A stretch of 64,000 bases of DNA, taken from positions 6,112,001-6,176,000 of the forward strand of contig CAWAIF010000003.1 in the NCBI GenBank assembly GCA_963782055.1, read 5' to 3'. This DNA is from an uncultured delta proteobacterium (GTDB lineage Bacteria; Myxococcota_A; Polyangia; Polyangiales; Polyangiaceae). Both the position numbers and the translations under genes were made by a program. Every line of letters begins with the position of its first letter. The first letter of the stretch is position 1. Below are positions 9,694-19,725 of the stretch, piece by piece. The notes beneath the pieces were generated by a model. That model was given only the letters and a program-made list of their open reading frames with translations, ran no database searches and had not been told where the DNA came from.

Positions 9694-10884
9694 TCAGGCC
9701 CTCTTCTCGACGCGCGCGATGAGCGCCTTGAGGTACAGCCCCTCGGTGTGGGCGGCCGCCACGGGGTGGTCGACGCCCTGGAAGTGGCGCTCCACGACGA
9801 TGGGGAGGCGGCCGCAGCGCATGCCGCCGGTCGCGAGCGCGCGGGTCAACGCGGCGAGGTCCACCGCGGCAGAGCACGACGAGAGCACGACGAAGCCGCC
9901 GGGACGCGTCGCGCGGCACGCGAGCTCGGCCAGCTTGGCGTAGGCCATCAGCGCGCCGTCGCGCGCGCGCCGGGAGGGCGCGAGCCGGGGCGGGTCCACC
10001 AGCACCATGTCGTAGCCGCCCTCCGCGCCCGCCTCGGCCAGCACGTGGCGCGCGTCGGCGCGCACGAAGCGGATGCGCGCGTCCAGGCCGTTCAGCGCCG
10101 CGCAAGCGGCCCCCACCTCCAGCGCGGGCGCGCTCTCGTCGACGGCGACCACCTCCGTCGCCCCGCCGCGCGCCGCCGCCAGCGCGAACGGCCCGACGAA
10201 GCTGTAGGCGTCCAGCACGCGCTTGCCCTTCGCCAGCGACTCGACCCGCGCGCGCAGCGCCCGCTGGTCGAAGTAAAAGCCCGTCTTCTGCCCGAGCTCG
10301 GTGGGGATGGCGTAGCGAAGCCGCCGCTCCAGGAAGGAGAGCTCGGTCACCTCGTCGCCCAGGATGACGCCCGACCCCGCGTCGAACGCCTCCGCCTTGG
10401 CGATGCTCGGCGAGGTCCGGTCCAGGATGGTCTTCGGCCGCAGGATGTCGACGAGCGCCTGGAGCACCAGGCTCTCGCGCAGCTTCATGCCGAAGGTGGA
10501 AAACTGCACGGCGAGCACGTCCCCGTAGCGGTCCACGATGAGGCCCGGCAGCTCGTCGCCCTCGGCGTGCACCAGCCGGTAGCCGCTGGTGTCGGGGCCG
10601 GGCAGGCCGCACTGTCGCCGCCACGCATCGGCGCGCCCGATGCGGTCGTGGAAGAAGCGCCCGTCGATGCGCGTGCGCTCGTCGCGGACGATCAGGCGCA
10701 CCGGGATCGCCGATCCCGGGGAGTAGAAGCCGCGCCCGAGGAAGTTGCCGCGGGGGTCGACGACCGAGACCTCGTCGCCGCCGGTGGCCCCGCCCTCGAC
10801 CCGCTCGACGGCCTGGGCGTAGACCCACGGGTGGCCCGCCCAGATGGGCTGGATGTGGCCGGGCTTCAGGCGGACGGTGGGCAT
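9694..10884 (-). CDS. rlmI: RlmI/RlmK-like SAM-dependent rRNA methyltransferase
   Basis: GHPWVY PUA domain, GQKTGFYFDQR, VDPP, YLK motifs. Confidence 0.88.
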   Translation of the reverse strand: MPTVRLKPGHIQPIWAGHPWVYAQAVERVEGGATGGDEVSVVDPRGNFLGRGFYSPGSAIPVRLIVRDERTRIDGRFFHDRIGRADAWRRQCGLPGPDTSGYRLVHAEGDELPGLIVDRYGDVLAVQFSTFGMKLRESLVLQALVDILRPKTILDRTSPSIAKAEAFDAGSGVILGDEVTELSFLERRLRYAIPTELGQKTGFYFDQRALRARVESLAKGKRVLDAYSFVGPFALAAARGGATEVVAVDESAPALEVGAACAALNGLDARIRFVRADARHVLAEAGAEGGYDMVLVDPPRLAPSRRARDGALMAYAKLAELACRATRPGGFVVLSSCSAAVDLAALTRALATGGMRCGRLPIVVERHFQGVDHPVAAAHTEGLYLKALIARVEKRA

Positions 10885-11100
10885 CGGGGAGCCGCCAGGT
10901 ATACCAGCCTCCCCTTCCCCACGATCGCCAGCGTGCTAACGATCCGACGGGGGCCCCGTCCATCCATCCGTTCAAGGTGCCCCGTGAACCGGCGGTCACT
11001 GTGCCCCGCGTGGGGTGCCGATTCCTGGCCGTTTCGAGAGGTTTCCCGCTGGCACTGCCATTGCTTAGGATCCAGAGTGCGTGCTTGGAGGCACGAGCCC

Positions 11101-12009
11101 ATGACGAAGATGGTTGCGCCCCCGAAGAAGATCCTGTCCCTGAGCGTGTTCGCCATCACCTTCGGGGTGGCCGCGGTCGCGTCGGCGCAGCAGCCCACCC
11201 CGAACTGTCCGCCGGGTAGCTGGTTCTGCGCGGATGCTCAGGTGCAGGGCAGCGCGTCGGTCAACGTGGGTGGTGGGCAGCAGCTCCAGCCGCTGCCTCC
11301 TCCTCCGCCGGCTCCCCCCGCGCAGCCCCCGGTCGTCATCACCGACGCGCCCCCGGCCCAGCCCCCGCCCGTCGTGGTCTACCAGCCGGCGCCCCCGCCC
11401 GTCGTCTACGTGCACCCCCGCACCGAGTACACCGGCCGGATCGTGCGCCGCCGCACCGTGCTGCCGTACGCCCCGCACGAGTGGGGCTTCAACCTCCGGC
11501 TGGACGGCGCGCTCTTCGGCGGCGGCTACAACAACAACGCCGGCATGGGCGGCATCGGCGGCGGCCTCCGCTACAAGTTCACCCCGTACATCGGCGTGGA
11601 GGGCGGCGTCGATTTCGTCATCGGCCGCGACTACAACGACTACGCCCGCAACGAGAGCGCCTTCACCGTCAACGCGCTGCTCTTCTTGAACCCGAAGAAC
11701 CGCGCGCAGGTCTATCTGCTCGGCGGCATCGGCTGGTCGCTCGCCCACGTGACGAACGACACCTACTACGACGAGGCGAACTACAACCAGACGCAGGACT
11801 ACGCCTACTTCGGCGGGCAGTTCGGCGTCGGGCTGGAGTACCGCGCCTCGCGCGCCTTCGCGGTCAACTTCGACCTGCGCGGCTTCGTGCGTGGCCGGAC
11901 GGACCCGGGCTCGGGCAACAACCCCGAGTTCACCGACCCGTCCACCGGCCAGACGACGAACACCTCAGGCGGCGCCCTGGCCACCGTCGGCATGACGTTC
12001 TACTTCTGA
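11101..12009 (+). CDS. Outer-membrane beta-barrel protein with Pro-rich linker
   Basis: Signal peptide (..AAVASA), Pro-rich stretch, amphipathic beta strands, C-terminal TFYF. Start taken at ATG 11101 within the long 8950 ORF. Confidence 0.8.
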   Translation: MTKMVAPPKKILSLSVFAITFGVAAVASAQQPTPNCPPGSWFCADAQVQGSASVNVGGGQQLQPLPPPPPAPPAQPPVVITDAPPAQPPPVVVYQPAPPPVVYVHPRTEYTGRIVRRRTVLPYAPHEWGFNLRLDGALFGGGYNNNAGMGGIGGGLRYKFTPYIGVEGGVDFVIGRDYNDYARNESAFTVNALLFLNPKNRAQVYLLGGIGWSLAHVTNDTYYDEANYNQTQDYAYFGGQFGVGLEYRASRAFAVNFDLRGFVRGRTDPGSGNNPEFTDPSTGQTTNTSGGALATVGMTFYF

Positions 12010-12037
12010 TCCGATCTTCGGCTACGCTCCGCGTGGT

Positions 12038-13648
12038 TTGAGCTCGAAGAAGAAGTCGAAGAAGAAGAAGACGGAAGAGGTCCGCGACCCGGCGGCGCTC
12101 AAGCGGACGGCCGCCGTGCTCGCCATCTGCCTGGCGAGCGGCGCCATGATGGCGCTCTCCACGCCGCCCTGGGACCTGGTCCCCTTCCCCTTTCTGGGCA
12201 TGGTCGTGCTCGCCTACCTGCTGGGCGAGCCGGTCCGCGCGAAGCGAGGCTTCCGGTTCTGGACGGCGGGCGGCCTGCGCGGCCTGCTCTTCGGCACCGG
12301 CACCAACCTCATCGCGCTGCGCTTCGTCGTCGCGGTCATCACCCGCTTCACCCCCCTGCCCTGGGCGGCGGGCGCGCTCGCGCTCGTGCTGCTCTCGCTG
12401 GAGCAGGGCTTCCGCTTCTGCGCGGCGGCCATCGTCGCCATCCACCTCACGCGCAGGGGCGTCCCGCGCTGGCTGTCCTTCGGGCTGGGGGTGTACCTGA
12501 GCAGCTTCCTCTGGGCGCTCTTTCCCTGGACGGTCGCCACCGGCCTCGTGCCCTACCCACCCCTGCTGCAGCTCTGCGAGGTCATCGGCGAGCGCGGCGT
12601 CTCGCTGCTGATGGCGCTCTCCTCCGGGCTGGCCGCGGAGGCCATCCGCTTCTATCGCGCGGGCCCCGAGCAGCGCCGGCGGGCCGCGCTGACCGGCGGG
12701 GCCGCGGTCGCCATCCCGGTGCTCATGCTGGTCCACGGTCTGCTGGCGACGCACCGCGTGGAGGCGGTGCGCGCCGCCGCGCCGAAGGCCCGCGTCACGC
12801 TCATCCAGCCCTCCATCGAGGCCACCGAGCGCTGGGACCGCAAGCAGGCCGAGGGGATCCTCAACCGGCTCGCCTCCCTCACGCGCACCGCCGAGCGCCG
12901 GCAGCCACCGCCCGATCTCACCATCTGGACGGAGGCGTCGTACCCGTACTCGGTGAGCGCCAGCGCCCGCTACGACCGCATGGGCGGCTGGGCCATCATG
13001 CAGCCGGGCATCCACGGTCCGCTCCTGGTCGGCCTGATGATGCGCACCAGCAAGGGCTCCTACAACTCGGCGGTGATCGTCAACGGCGGCCGCTTCAGCG
13101 AGCCGTACTACAAGATGCACCTTCTCGCGTTCGGCGAGCACGTGCCGCTGTCCGACACCTTCCCGTGGCTCCGCGAGATGTTCTTCCGCGGCACCGGGCT
13201 GCTCGCCGGCACCAAGCAGGTGCGCCTCGACTCCGGCAAGATCCACCTGGCCGTCCTCAACTGCTACGAGGACACCCTGCCGGAGGCCGCCCGCGAGGCG
13301 ATGGCGGTGCGGCCCAACCTCCTCGTCAACATCACCAACGACGCCTGGTTCTCCGGCACCACCGAGAGCGAGCTGCACCTGCGGCTGGCCGTGCTGCGCG
13401 CCATCGAGATGCGCCGCGACATGGTGCGCGCGGTCAACTACGGGCCGACGACGTGGGTCGACGCGACCGGCCGCACGCGCGCGCGCTACGACAGCCCGCT
13501 GCCCGGCACCCTGCCCACCGAGCCGGCGCTGCTGGAGGGCGAGACCCTGTACGCGCGCGCGGGCGACGCGCCGCTCCTGTTGCTGACGGTGATCCTGGTC
13601 GGGTACTTCTTCGTGCAGCAGAAACGCAAAGGGCGCCCGGCCTCGTGA
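12038..13648 (+). CDS. lnt: Apolipoprotein N-acyltransferase
   Basis: TM N-terminus; IWTEA, KMHLLAFGEHVP, NCYE, NITNDAWF, RAIE motifs. Confidence 0.93.
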   Translation: MSSKKKSKKKKTEEVRDPAALKRTAAVLAICLASGAMMALSTPPWDLVPFPFLGMVVLAYLLGEPVRAKRGFRFWTAGGLRGLLFGTGTNLIALRFVVAVITRFTPLPWAAGALALVLLSLEQGFRFCAAAIVAIHLTRRGVPRWLSFGLGVYLSSFLWALFPWTVATGLVPYPPLLQLCEVIGERGVSLLMALSSGLAAEAIRFYRAGPEQRRRAALTGGAAVAIPVLMLVHGLLATHRVEAVRAAAPKARVTLIQPSIEATERWDRKQAEGILNRLASLTRTAERRQPPPDLTIWTEASYPYSVSASARYDRMGGWAIMQPGIHGPLLVGLMMRTSKGSYNSAVIVNGGRFSEPYYKMHLLAFGEHVPLSDTFPWLREMFFRGTGLLAGTKQVRLDSGKIHLAVLNCYEDTLPEAAREAMAVRPNLLVNITNDAWFSGTTESELHLRLAVLRAIEMRRDMVRAVNYGPTTWVDATGRTRARYDSPLPGTLPTEPALLEGETLYARAGDAPLLLLTVILVGYFFVQQKRKGRPAS

Positions 13649-13660
13649 GACCGGACGCCC
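13621..13660 (-). terminator. Intrinsic terminator for the HU gene
   Basis: Minus strand GGGCGUCCGGUCUC-AC-GAGGCCGGGCGCCC then UUUGCGUUUC. The two stem mismatches are G-U pairs only on this strand. Confidence 0.7.
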
Positions 13661-13684
13661 TCGGCGCTTCCTCTCGAGGAGGAC

Positions 13685-13996
13685 TTACTGGATGAGGTCC
13701 TTCAGGGCCTTGAGCGCCGACGCGCGGATCTTCTTCTGCGCGGGCTTGGCCGGACGGTTCTCCATCGACTTGGTGAAGGGGTTGTAGCGCGGGCCGGCCG
13801 GGATCGGCTTGGTCTTCCGCACCTTGAGCTTGAGCAGACCCGGGATCACGAACTCCCCGGGGCCACGGCTGCCCAGCTGCTTCTTGATCACCTCCGTGAG
13901 GCTATCAAACACGCGATTCACGCTCTTCTTGTCGAGCTCAGCCTGCTCGGCAATTTCGGCAATCACCTGCGCCTTGGTCAAACGCTTTCCAGACAT
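13685..13996 (-). CDS. HU/IHF-family DNA-binding protein
   Basis: MSGKRLTKAQVIAEIA..FVIPGLLKL..YNPFT..PAKPA; GGAGG RBS before ATG 13996. Confidence 0.9.
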   Translation of the reverse strand: MSGKRLTKAQVIAEIAEQAELDKKSVNRVFDSLTEVIKKQLGSRGPGEFVIPGLLKLKVRKTKPIPAGPRYNPFTKSMENRPAKPAQKKIRASALKALKDLIQ

Positions 13997-14287
13997 GTGC
14001 GCTTCCTCCTGACGAACGAATCGTTCTTGTGGTCCGCCACTCTTACGCCCAATCACCGAGCGTTCGCAGAACGCGCGGTGCCGGGTAGCAACAGCGCCCC
14101 CCGTTGCGGGCCCTGTATAAATCGATGCGTATCCCCGCCCGTGGCCTTTCGCAAGGAAAAAGAGGGGCCTTTGCGCGGCTCAGCGTCTCGGGGGCCCGAA
14201 AAAGTGGGCCGTACGTGAGGCGTCGTCTCTCAAAAGCCCCGCAGTTACGAACTGTTTTCAGCCATTCTGAAGGCTCCGTATCCGGCA

Positions 14288-14776
14288 TTACCCCCGGCCA
14301 CGCTCAGCGCGTTGATTGCGCTTCCCGCCCTTCCTCCCGGGAGGGGTCGACGCGGCGCACAGGCGGTCGGTCTCGGCGCGCATGGCGCGGTCCCGGCTGG
14401 GCGTGTCGTGGTCCCAGCCGAGGAGGTGGAGCAGCCCGTGGGCGAGGAGCATGGTGGCCTCTTCCAGGAAGGGCTTGCCCGCCGCCTTCGCCTGCCGCCG
14501 GGCCGTCGGTACGCTGATCACCACGTCCCCCAGAAGGCCCGTTTCCATGTCCCCGAACTCCCCCTCGGCCATGGCGAAGGCGAGCACGTCGGTGGGGCGG
14601 TTCTTCTTGCGGTAGACGCGATTCAACTTCTGGATTTGATCATCGTCGGTAAGAACGATTGATAATTCCGCGTTTCGCCGTTGAACGGCGGACAGCATCG
14701 AGCGCGCGCGGCGGGACAGCTCGCGCGCGTCCACCGCCCCCAGCGCCCTCTCTTGCACAACGAGTCGAACCGGCAT
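14288..14776 (-). CDS. ybeY: rRNA maturation endoribonuclease YbeY
   Basis: LNRVYRKKNRPTDVLAF, LGDVVIS, HGLLHLLGWDH motifs. Confidence 0.93.
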   Translation of the reverse strand: MPVRLVVQERALGAVDARELSRRARSMLSAVQRRNAELSIVLTDDDQIQKLNRVYRKKNRPTDVLAFAMAEGEFGDMETGLLGDVVISVPTARRQAKAAGKPFLEEATMLLAHGLLHLLGWDHDTPSRDRAMRAETDRLCAASTPPGRKGGKRNQRAERGRG

Positions 14777-14833
14777 CGCCCGTGCCCCTGTGCTAGACGT
14801 GCAGCCACGCGCGGTCAACGCGCGAGAAGAGCC

Positions 14834-15619
14834 ATGCGCGCGTGCATCGTCATCCCGGCCTTCCAGGCCGAAGCCACGCTGGAAGCCGTGCTCGGCTCCC
14901 TGCGCGCGGGCCTCGGCGACCTCCTGGGGGACGCGCCCGTCCTGGTGGTGGACGACGGCTCGCACGACCGCACCGCGGAGGTCGCGCGCCGGGCGGGGGC
15001 GCGCGTCTTCGTCCACGCCACCAACCGGGGCAAGGGCGCCGCCCTGCGCACCGGCCTCGCCGCCGCGCGCGACGCCGGCTGCGAGGCGGCGCTCACCGTC
15101 GACGCCGACGGCCAGCACCCCGCGGACGCCGCCCGCGCCGTGCTCCTCGCCGGGGACGACCCCGGCGCCCTGGTGCTCGGCGTGCGCGACCTGGCGGGCG
15201 CGGGGGCGCCGCGCGCCAACCAGACGTCCAACCGCATCTCCAACTTCTTCCTCTCGCGCTTCTCCGGGCGGCCCCTCGCCGACACGCAGTGCGGCCTGCG
15301 CCGCTACCCGGTGGAGACGACGCTCGCCCTCGGCGCCCGCGCCCCCGGCTACGCCTTCGAGGCGGAGATTCTGCTGCGGGCGGTGGCGGCGGGCGTCCCC
15401 ATCGTCGAGCAGCCGGTGCGCGTGCTCTACCCGCCGGAGGGCGAGCGGGTGACCCACTTCCACAGCGTCAAGGACCCGGCGCGCATCGTCGGGGCGGTGG
15501 TCCGCACGCTGGCGGAGATCCACGTGCGTGGACGCGGGCGCTCGTCCGTCCAACGCGGGGTGTCGCCTGACTCCAGGGTGCCCGGGGACGAGCCGAAGCG
15601 CCCCATCGCCGCCGAGTGA
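14834..15619 (+). CDS. Glycosyltransferase family 2 (DPM1-like)
   Basis: VIPAF, VVDDGSHD, NRGKGAAL, DADGQH, DTQCG motifs. Confidence 0.92.
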   Translation: MRACIVIPAFQAEATLEAVLGSLRAGLGDLLGDAPVLVVDDGSHDRTAEVARRAGARVFVHATNRGKGAALRTGLAAARDAGCEAALTVDADGQHPADAARAVLLAGDDPGALVLGVRDLAGAGAPRANQTSNRISNFFLSRFSGRPLADTQCGLRRYPVETTLALGARAPGYAFEAEILLRAVAAGVPIVEQPVRVLYPPEGERVTHFHSVKDPARIVGAVVRTLAEIHVRGRGRSSVQRGVSPDSRVPGDEPKRPIAAE

Positions 15620-15622
15620 CCC

Positions 15623-17077
15623 ATGGGGATCCTCGCCCGGCACCGGAAGAAGCTCATCGCGCTCGCCGTCCTCCTCGGGGGCCCGGTGATCGCCCACTAC
15701 GTGGTGCGCGCGACGACCGGCTTCGCGCCGCCCGCGGTCAGCGTCCCCGACGAGACCATGACCGACGACGGGACCATCCGCCGCGTGGGGCCGGCGTACA
15801 CGCGGCTCTCCGGCGGCGTGCGCGAGGTGTACCTGGAGGGCACGCCGGAGCAGCTCGGGGAGCGCCACGTGCGCCTGCTGCGCGATCACATGGCCGCCGA
15901 CGAGCACGCGCTCTGGGGGGAGTTCGCGCACTTCGTGCCGCTCTCGCCGGCGCGCACGCTGATCATGGACATCAGCCGCGTGCAGTACCGGCACCTGGAC
16001 CAGGGCATCCCGGAGGCGCGCCGCCGGGAGATGGCGGCGGGCGCGGCCACCTTCCAGCCCGACCCGATGGCGGCGAGCACGATGCCCACCTACCAGCGCG
16101 TCGTCTTCCTCCACTCCGTCTACGACATCGCCCTGTCCTTCGAGCACTCGCCGCTCATCGGCTGCTCGGCGTTCGGCCTGGGCGCGAGCACCACCAAGGA
16201 CGGCCACGTGCTGGTCGGGCGCGCCTTCGACATGGAGATCGGCGACGTGTTCGACAAGGACAAGGTCGTCTTCTTCGTGCGTGAGGACGGCAAGATCCCC
16301 TACGCGAGCGTCGCGTGGCCGGGGCTGATGGGCGTGCTCACCGGGATGAACCTGGACGGCGTGATGGTGCTGGTCAACGGCGGCCGCGCGCGCGCGCCGA
16401 GGACGAGCGGCCTGCCCGTCGTCTTCAGCCTGCGCGAGGCCCTGCAGAACGCGCACGACACCGACGAGGCCACGGCGATCCTGGCGAAGCAGGACGTGAT
16501 GGTCTCGCACATCGTCTTCGTGGCGGACGCCGCCGGCCACTTCGCGGTGGTGGAGCGCGCGCCCGGCGCTCCGGCGACCATCCGGCGCGACTTCAAGGAC
16601 CCCGACCGCGTGGCGGTGACCAACCACTTCGAGGGTCCGCTCGCGAGCGACCCGCGCAACGTCGCGGTCGAGCAGCACACCACCACCCTCGCGCGGCGCG
16701 CGCGGCTGGACGAGATGCTCGCCGCCGTCGCCCCCGGCTCCGCCGACGCCACCAGCGCCGTGGGCATGCTTCGCGATCACCAGTGCGCGCACGGCGAGAA
16801 GTGCCCGCTCGGGGACCGGCGCACCATCGACGCCTTCATCGCGACACACGGCGTGGTGGCGGACACGACAGGACGCGTGCTGTGGGTCAGCAAGGGCCCG
16901 CACCTCTCGGGCCAGTTCGTGCGCTTCGACTTGAAGGCGATCTTCGCGCCCGGACACGATCCGGCGGCCGACGGCGCCCCGGAGACGATCGCCGCGGACC
17001 CGGCGCTCTTCGACGGGCGCTACCAGCAGGGCGTCGCCCACGCGGGCGGCCCCCGGATCGGCGGGGACGCCAGGTGA
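15623..17077 (+). CDS. C45-family Ntn-hydrolase/acyltransferase
   Basis: G|CSAF autoproteolysis site, GRAFD, TGMN, TNHF; N-terminal membrane anchor. Confidence 0.85.
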   Translation: MGILARHRKKLIALAVLLGGPVIAHYVVRATTGFAPPAVSVPDETMTDDGTIRRVGPAYTRLSGGVREVYLEGTPEQLGERHVRLLRDHMAADEHALWGEFAHFVPLSPARTLIMDISRVQYRHLDQGIPEARRREMAAGAATFQPDPMAASTMPTYQRVVFLHSVYDIALSFEHSPLIGCSAFGLGASTTKDGHVLVGRAFDMEIGDVFDKDKVVFFVREDGKIPYASVAWPGLMGVLTGMNLDGVMVLVNGGRARAPRTSGLPVVFSLREALQNAHDTDEATAILAKQDVMVSHIVFVADAAGHFAVVERAPGAPATIRRDFKDPDRVAVTNHFEGPLASDPRNVAVEQHTTTLARRARLDEMLAAVAPGSADATSAVGMLRDHQCAHGEKCPLGDRRTIDAFIATHGVVADTTGRVLWVSKGPHLSGQFVRFDLKAIFAPGHDPAADGAPETIAADPALFDGRYQQGVAHAGGPRIGGDAR

Positions 17078-17706
17078 GCCTCTCACGACGCGACCTGCTC
17101 GTGGGCGCCCTCGGCGGCGCCGCCGTCCTCGCGCTCGGACGCCGCGCGCTGGCCGACGCGCTGGGGGACCGGCTCGCCGCGGTGAAGCGGGCGCGCGCCG
17201 GGCTCCACACCCTCGTCGGGCCCTTCACGCAGGAGCGGACGATCGGCCTGCTCGCCACGAAGGTGCGCTCGACAGGCACGCTCTACCTCCAGCTCCCCGG
17301 CCGGCTGCGCTGGGAGCTCGCCCCGCCGGACTCCATCGTCTACTGGGTGACGCCGGAGGGCCTGGCGTACAGGGGAAAGAACGGTCACGGCCGGCTGCCC
17401 ATGACCGAGCGCATGGCCCCCGCGCTCCAGGATCTGCGAGCGATGCTGGGGGGAGACATCGGCGCCTTGCGCGGGCGCTACGACATGAAGGAGGTGCCGG
17501 TCGATGGCGACGGGGTGGGCTTCGAAGCGGTGCCGAAGCCGGGGCAGCCGTCACGCTTCCTGAAGCTCACCTTCACCTTGGCGCCGGACCTCGTCCGCCC
17601 ACGCAAGGTGGTGCTGGTGGAGGGCCCGCGCGATCGCACCGAGATCGACTTCGGCGACCTGAAGAAGAACGCCCCGATCGACTCCACCCTGCTCCGTCTC
17701 CCATGA
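17074..17706 (+). CDS. LolA-like carrier protein with Tat-type signal
   Basis: GTG overlaps the upstream TGA; SRRDLL Tat motif; FTQER..STGTLYLQLPGRLRWE. Confidence 0.8.
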   Translation: MSLSRRDLLVGALGGAAVLALGRRALADALGDRLAAVKRARAGLHTLVGPFTQERTIGLLATKVRSTGTLYLQLPGRLRWELAPPDSIVYWVTPEGLAYRGKNGHGRLPMTERMAPALQDLRAMLGGDIGALRGRYDMKEVPVDGDGVGFEAVPKPGQPSRFLKLTFTLAPDLVRPRKVVLVEGPRDRTEIDFGDLKKNAPIDSTLLRLP

Positions 17707-17709
17707 CTC

Positions 17710-17760
17710 ACTCTTCTCCCCCTCCTCTCTCTCTCTACGGAGAGAGAGGCTGGGGTGAGG
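17710..17760. repeat. REP-like palindromic extragenic element
   Basis: CCTCTCTCTC..GAGAGAGAGG hairpin plus GGGGTGAGG; inverse orientation of the element at 42029-42070. Confidence 0.5.
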
Positions 17761-18034
17761 CGGCACTCGGACGCGGGCGAGTCCTTCGGCGCCGGCGCGA
17801 AGCGCGCCGGACGCGACTACCCGGCGAAGGTCACGAGACCGTCGTAAGGCACTCCCTACCTCGTGACGAAGCGGCACGCCCCCCAGCGGCTCTTCTTCTC
17901 CCCCTGTCCCCCCTGTCCCCCCTCCCCGTCCCCGGACACCCAGCGCCAAAGTGCAAGGGTCCTGTCACTCGGACGTTTCTGCCGGGATCCGTGGGGAGGG
18001 GGGGGGTGGCATGGGGGGTGCTCTGGGGGTGGGG

Positions 18035-18643
18035 ATGATGGCGGGACTGGATCCTGTGTTCTTCACGATCAAGCGGGCGTACTACGCGACGCTCAGGCTC
18101 ACTCGGCGGGCGCTTCGGGCGATGGGGCTCACCGCGGCGCGGTTCGATGTGCTCGACGCGCTCTACCGGCTGGGGACGGGGTGCGCGCACTTCCAGAGCG
18201 ATCTGCGGCGCGGGCTCGGCGTGGCGCGGGCGACGATCAGCGAGATGATGCGGTCGCTGCAGAAGGTCGGGCTGGTCAGCCGGCGGCGCGTCGGGCGCGA
18301 GGTGATCGTCGCGCTCACGCCTGAGGGGCGTCGGCGTGTTCGGCGGGCGTACTACGGGCTCGTGCTCGTGGGGCACGTGGGGTTCGCGCTGGACGGCGCG
18401 CTTGCGCCGGGTGAGCGGCGCTGGCCCGATGCGCGGCGGTGCGCCAGTGCGCGCAGACACCTCGAGGCCCTCTGCATGCGCATCCGGCTCGGCTTCGGCG
18501 ACGGCGCCGAGCTGGACAGGCTGACCGAGTGCGGGGCCTGGGTGCTACGGGACCGCGACCGCACCCGCCGCGCCCAGGCGCGACAAACGCAGCGCCAGCG
18601 CGACCTCGATCGCGCACTCGCGGGCGTCGCGCCGAACGCGTGA
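18035..18643 (+). CDS. MarR-family transcriptional regulator
   Basis: GLTAARFDVL..QSDLRRGLGVARATISEMMRSLQKVGLVSR..LTPEG winged HTH. Confidence 0.82.
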   Translation: MMAGLDPVFFTIKRAYYATLRLTRRALRAMGLTAARFDVLDALYRLGTGCAHFQSDLRRGLGVARATISEMMRSLQKVGLVSRRRVGREVIVALTPEGRRRVRRAYYGLVLVGHVGFALDGALAPGERRWPDARRCASARRHLEALCMRIRLGFGDGAELDRLTECGAWVLRDRDRTRRAQARQTQRQRDLDRALAGVAPNA

Positions 18644-18734
18644 CCAGATCCGCCCCGGACCCGCCGGACCCGCCAGCGAGCACGACGGGGGATCCGTGCC
18701 GCTGTGCGAATCGACGCGCAGCCTCCGCGACCGC

Positions 18735-19313
18735 TCACGGACGCGGGTCGGTCGACAGCATGCCGAACACCGCGTGGTCCAGCCAGCGGCCGTGGCAGCG
18801 CTCCGCCTGGCGGGCGATGCCCTCGAAGCGGAAGCCGAGGCGGCCGATGACGGCCAGGCTCGGGTGGTTGTCGGTCGCGGCGGCGACGCGCACGCGGTGG
18901 GCGTGGAGGGTGTGGAAGGCCCAGGTGATCACCGCGCGCGAGGCCTCGGTCATGAAGCCGTGGCCTGTCGAGTCGGTGCGCAGCCAGTAGCCGAGCTCCA
19001 CGCTCTGGTGCAGGTGCGCGAACGCCTCCAGCCCCACCACCCCCAGCAGCCGGCGCGACTTGCGATCGCGGATGGTGAAGCGGCACGCGCGCGCGTTGTC
19101 CCAGTCCTGCGCGCTCGCCTCCGCGTAGCGATGGCTCGCGTCCTGATCGGTGTTGAAGGGCACCCACGGCAGCCACGGCTCGAGCTGCGAGCGCGAGCTG
19201 TCGACCGCCTGCCACAGGTCCGGCGCGTCGGAGGTGTCGATGGCGAGGAGATTCAGTCGCGGAGACTCGACGGGCCGCCGTTGCAGCTCGATCCGCGGCG
19301 GGACGCTCAGCAT
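18735..19313 (-). CDS. GNAT N-acetyltransferase (RimJ/RimL family)
   Basis: ELGYWL..GHGFMTEA..NHPSLAVIGRLGFRFEG. Confidence 0.9.
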   Translation of the reverse strand: MLSVPPRIELQRRPVESPRLNLLAIDTSDAPDLWQAVDSSRSQLEPWLPWVPFNTDQDASHRYAEASAQDWDNARACRFTIRDRKSRRLLGVVGLEAFAHLHQSVELGYWLRTDSTGHGFMTEASRAVITWAFHTLHAHRVRVAAATDNHPSLAVIGRLGFRFEGIARQAERCHGRWLDHAVFGMLSTDPRP

Positions 19314-19328
19314 GAAGCGTAAGATACG

Positions 19329-19685
19329 CTACTTCCGGGCCGTCTCGAGCGCAGAGGGATAGGCCTGGACCAGGTCCTTGGCAGGCCGCTCGACCGACTC
19401 CAGGGGGCTGGTGACCAGATCCCGGCCCTCCGTGGCGAAGTAGAGCGCCTCCCCCATGCGCGGCTCCCCCGGGTTGGGGACGATCGCCCCGTTCAGGTAG
19501 AACCTGATTCCCCCGTGGACCCGGCGGCGCAGGGCCAGGTGCCCGTGCAGGAAGTCCCCGGTGCGGCGGTCGCGTACGGCGACGCAGAAACCGTCGCGGA
19601 AGTGGTACTCGGTGTTCTTGGTGACGTAGACGCGGTGCCGCCGCCAATCGGGGCCCGCGAACTTGGCGGCGCTGTCCTGGCTCAT
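19329..19685 (-). CDS. Hypothetical protein
   Basis: 119-codon ORF with normal protein composition (RHRVYVTKNTEYHFRDG), co-oriented with neighbours. Confidence 0.7.
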   Translation of the reverse strand: MSQDSAAKFAGPDWRRHRVYVTKNTEYHFRDGFCVAVRDRRTGDFLHGHLALRRRVHGGIRFYLNGAIVPNPGEPRMGEALYFATEGRDLVTSPLESVERPAKDLVQAYPSALETARK

Positions 19686-19725
19686 GGCCGGAGGGTGCCT
19701 TCGGCCCCCGCGCCGGGCCAACTTT

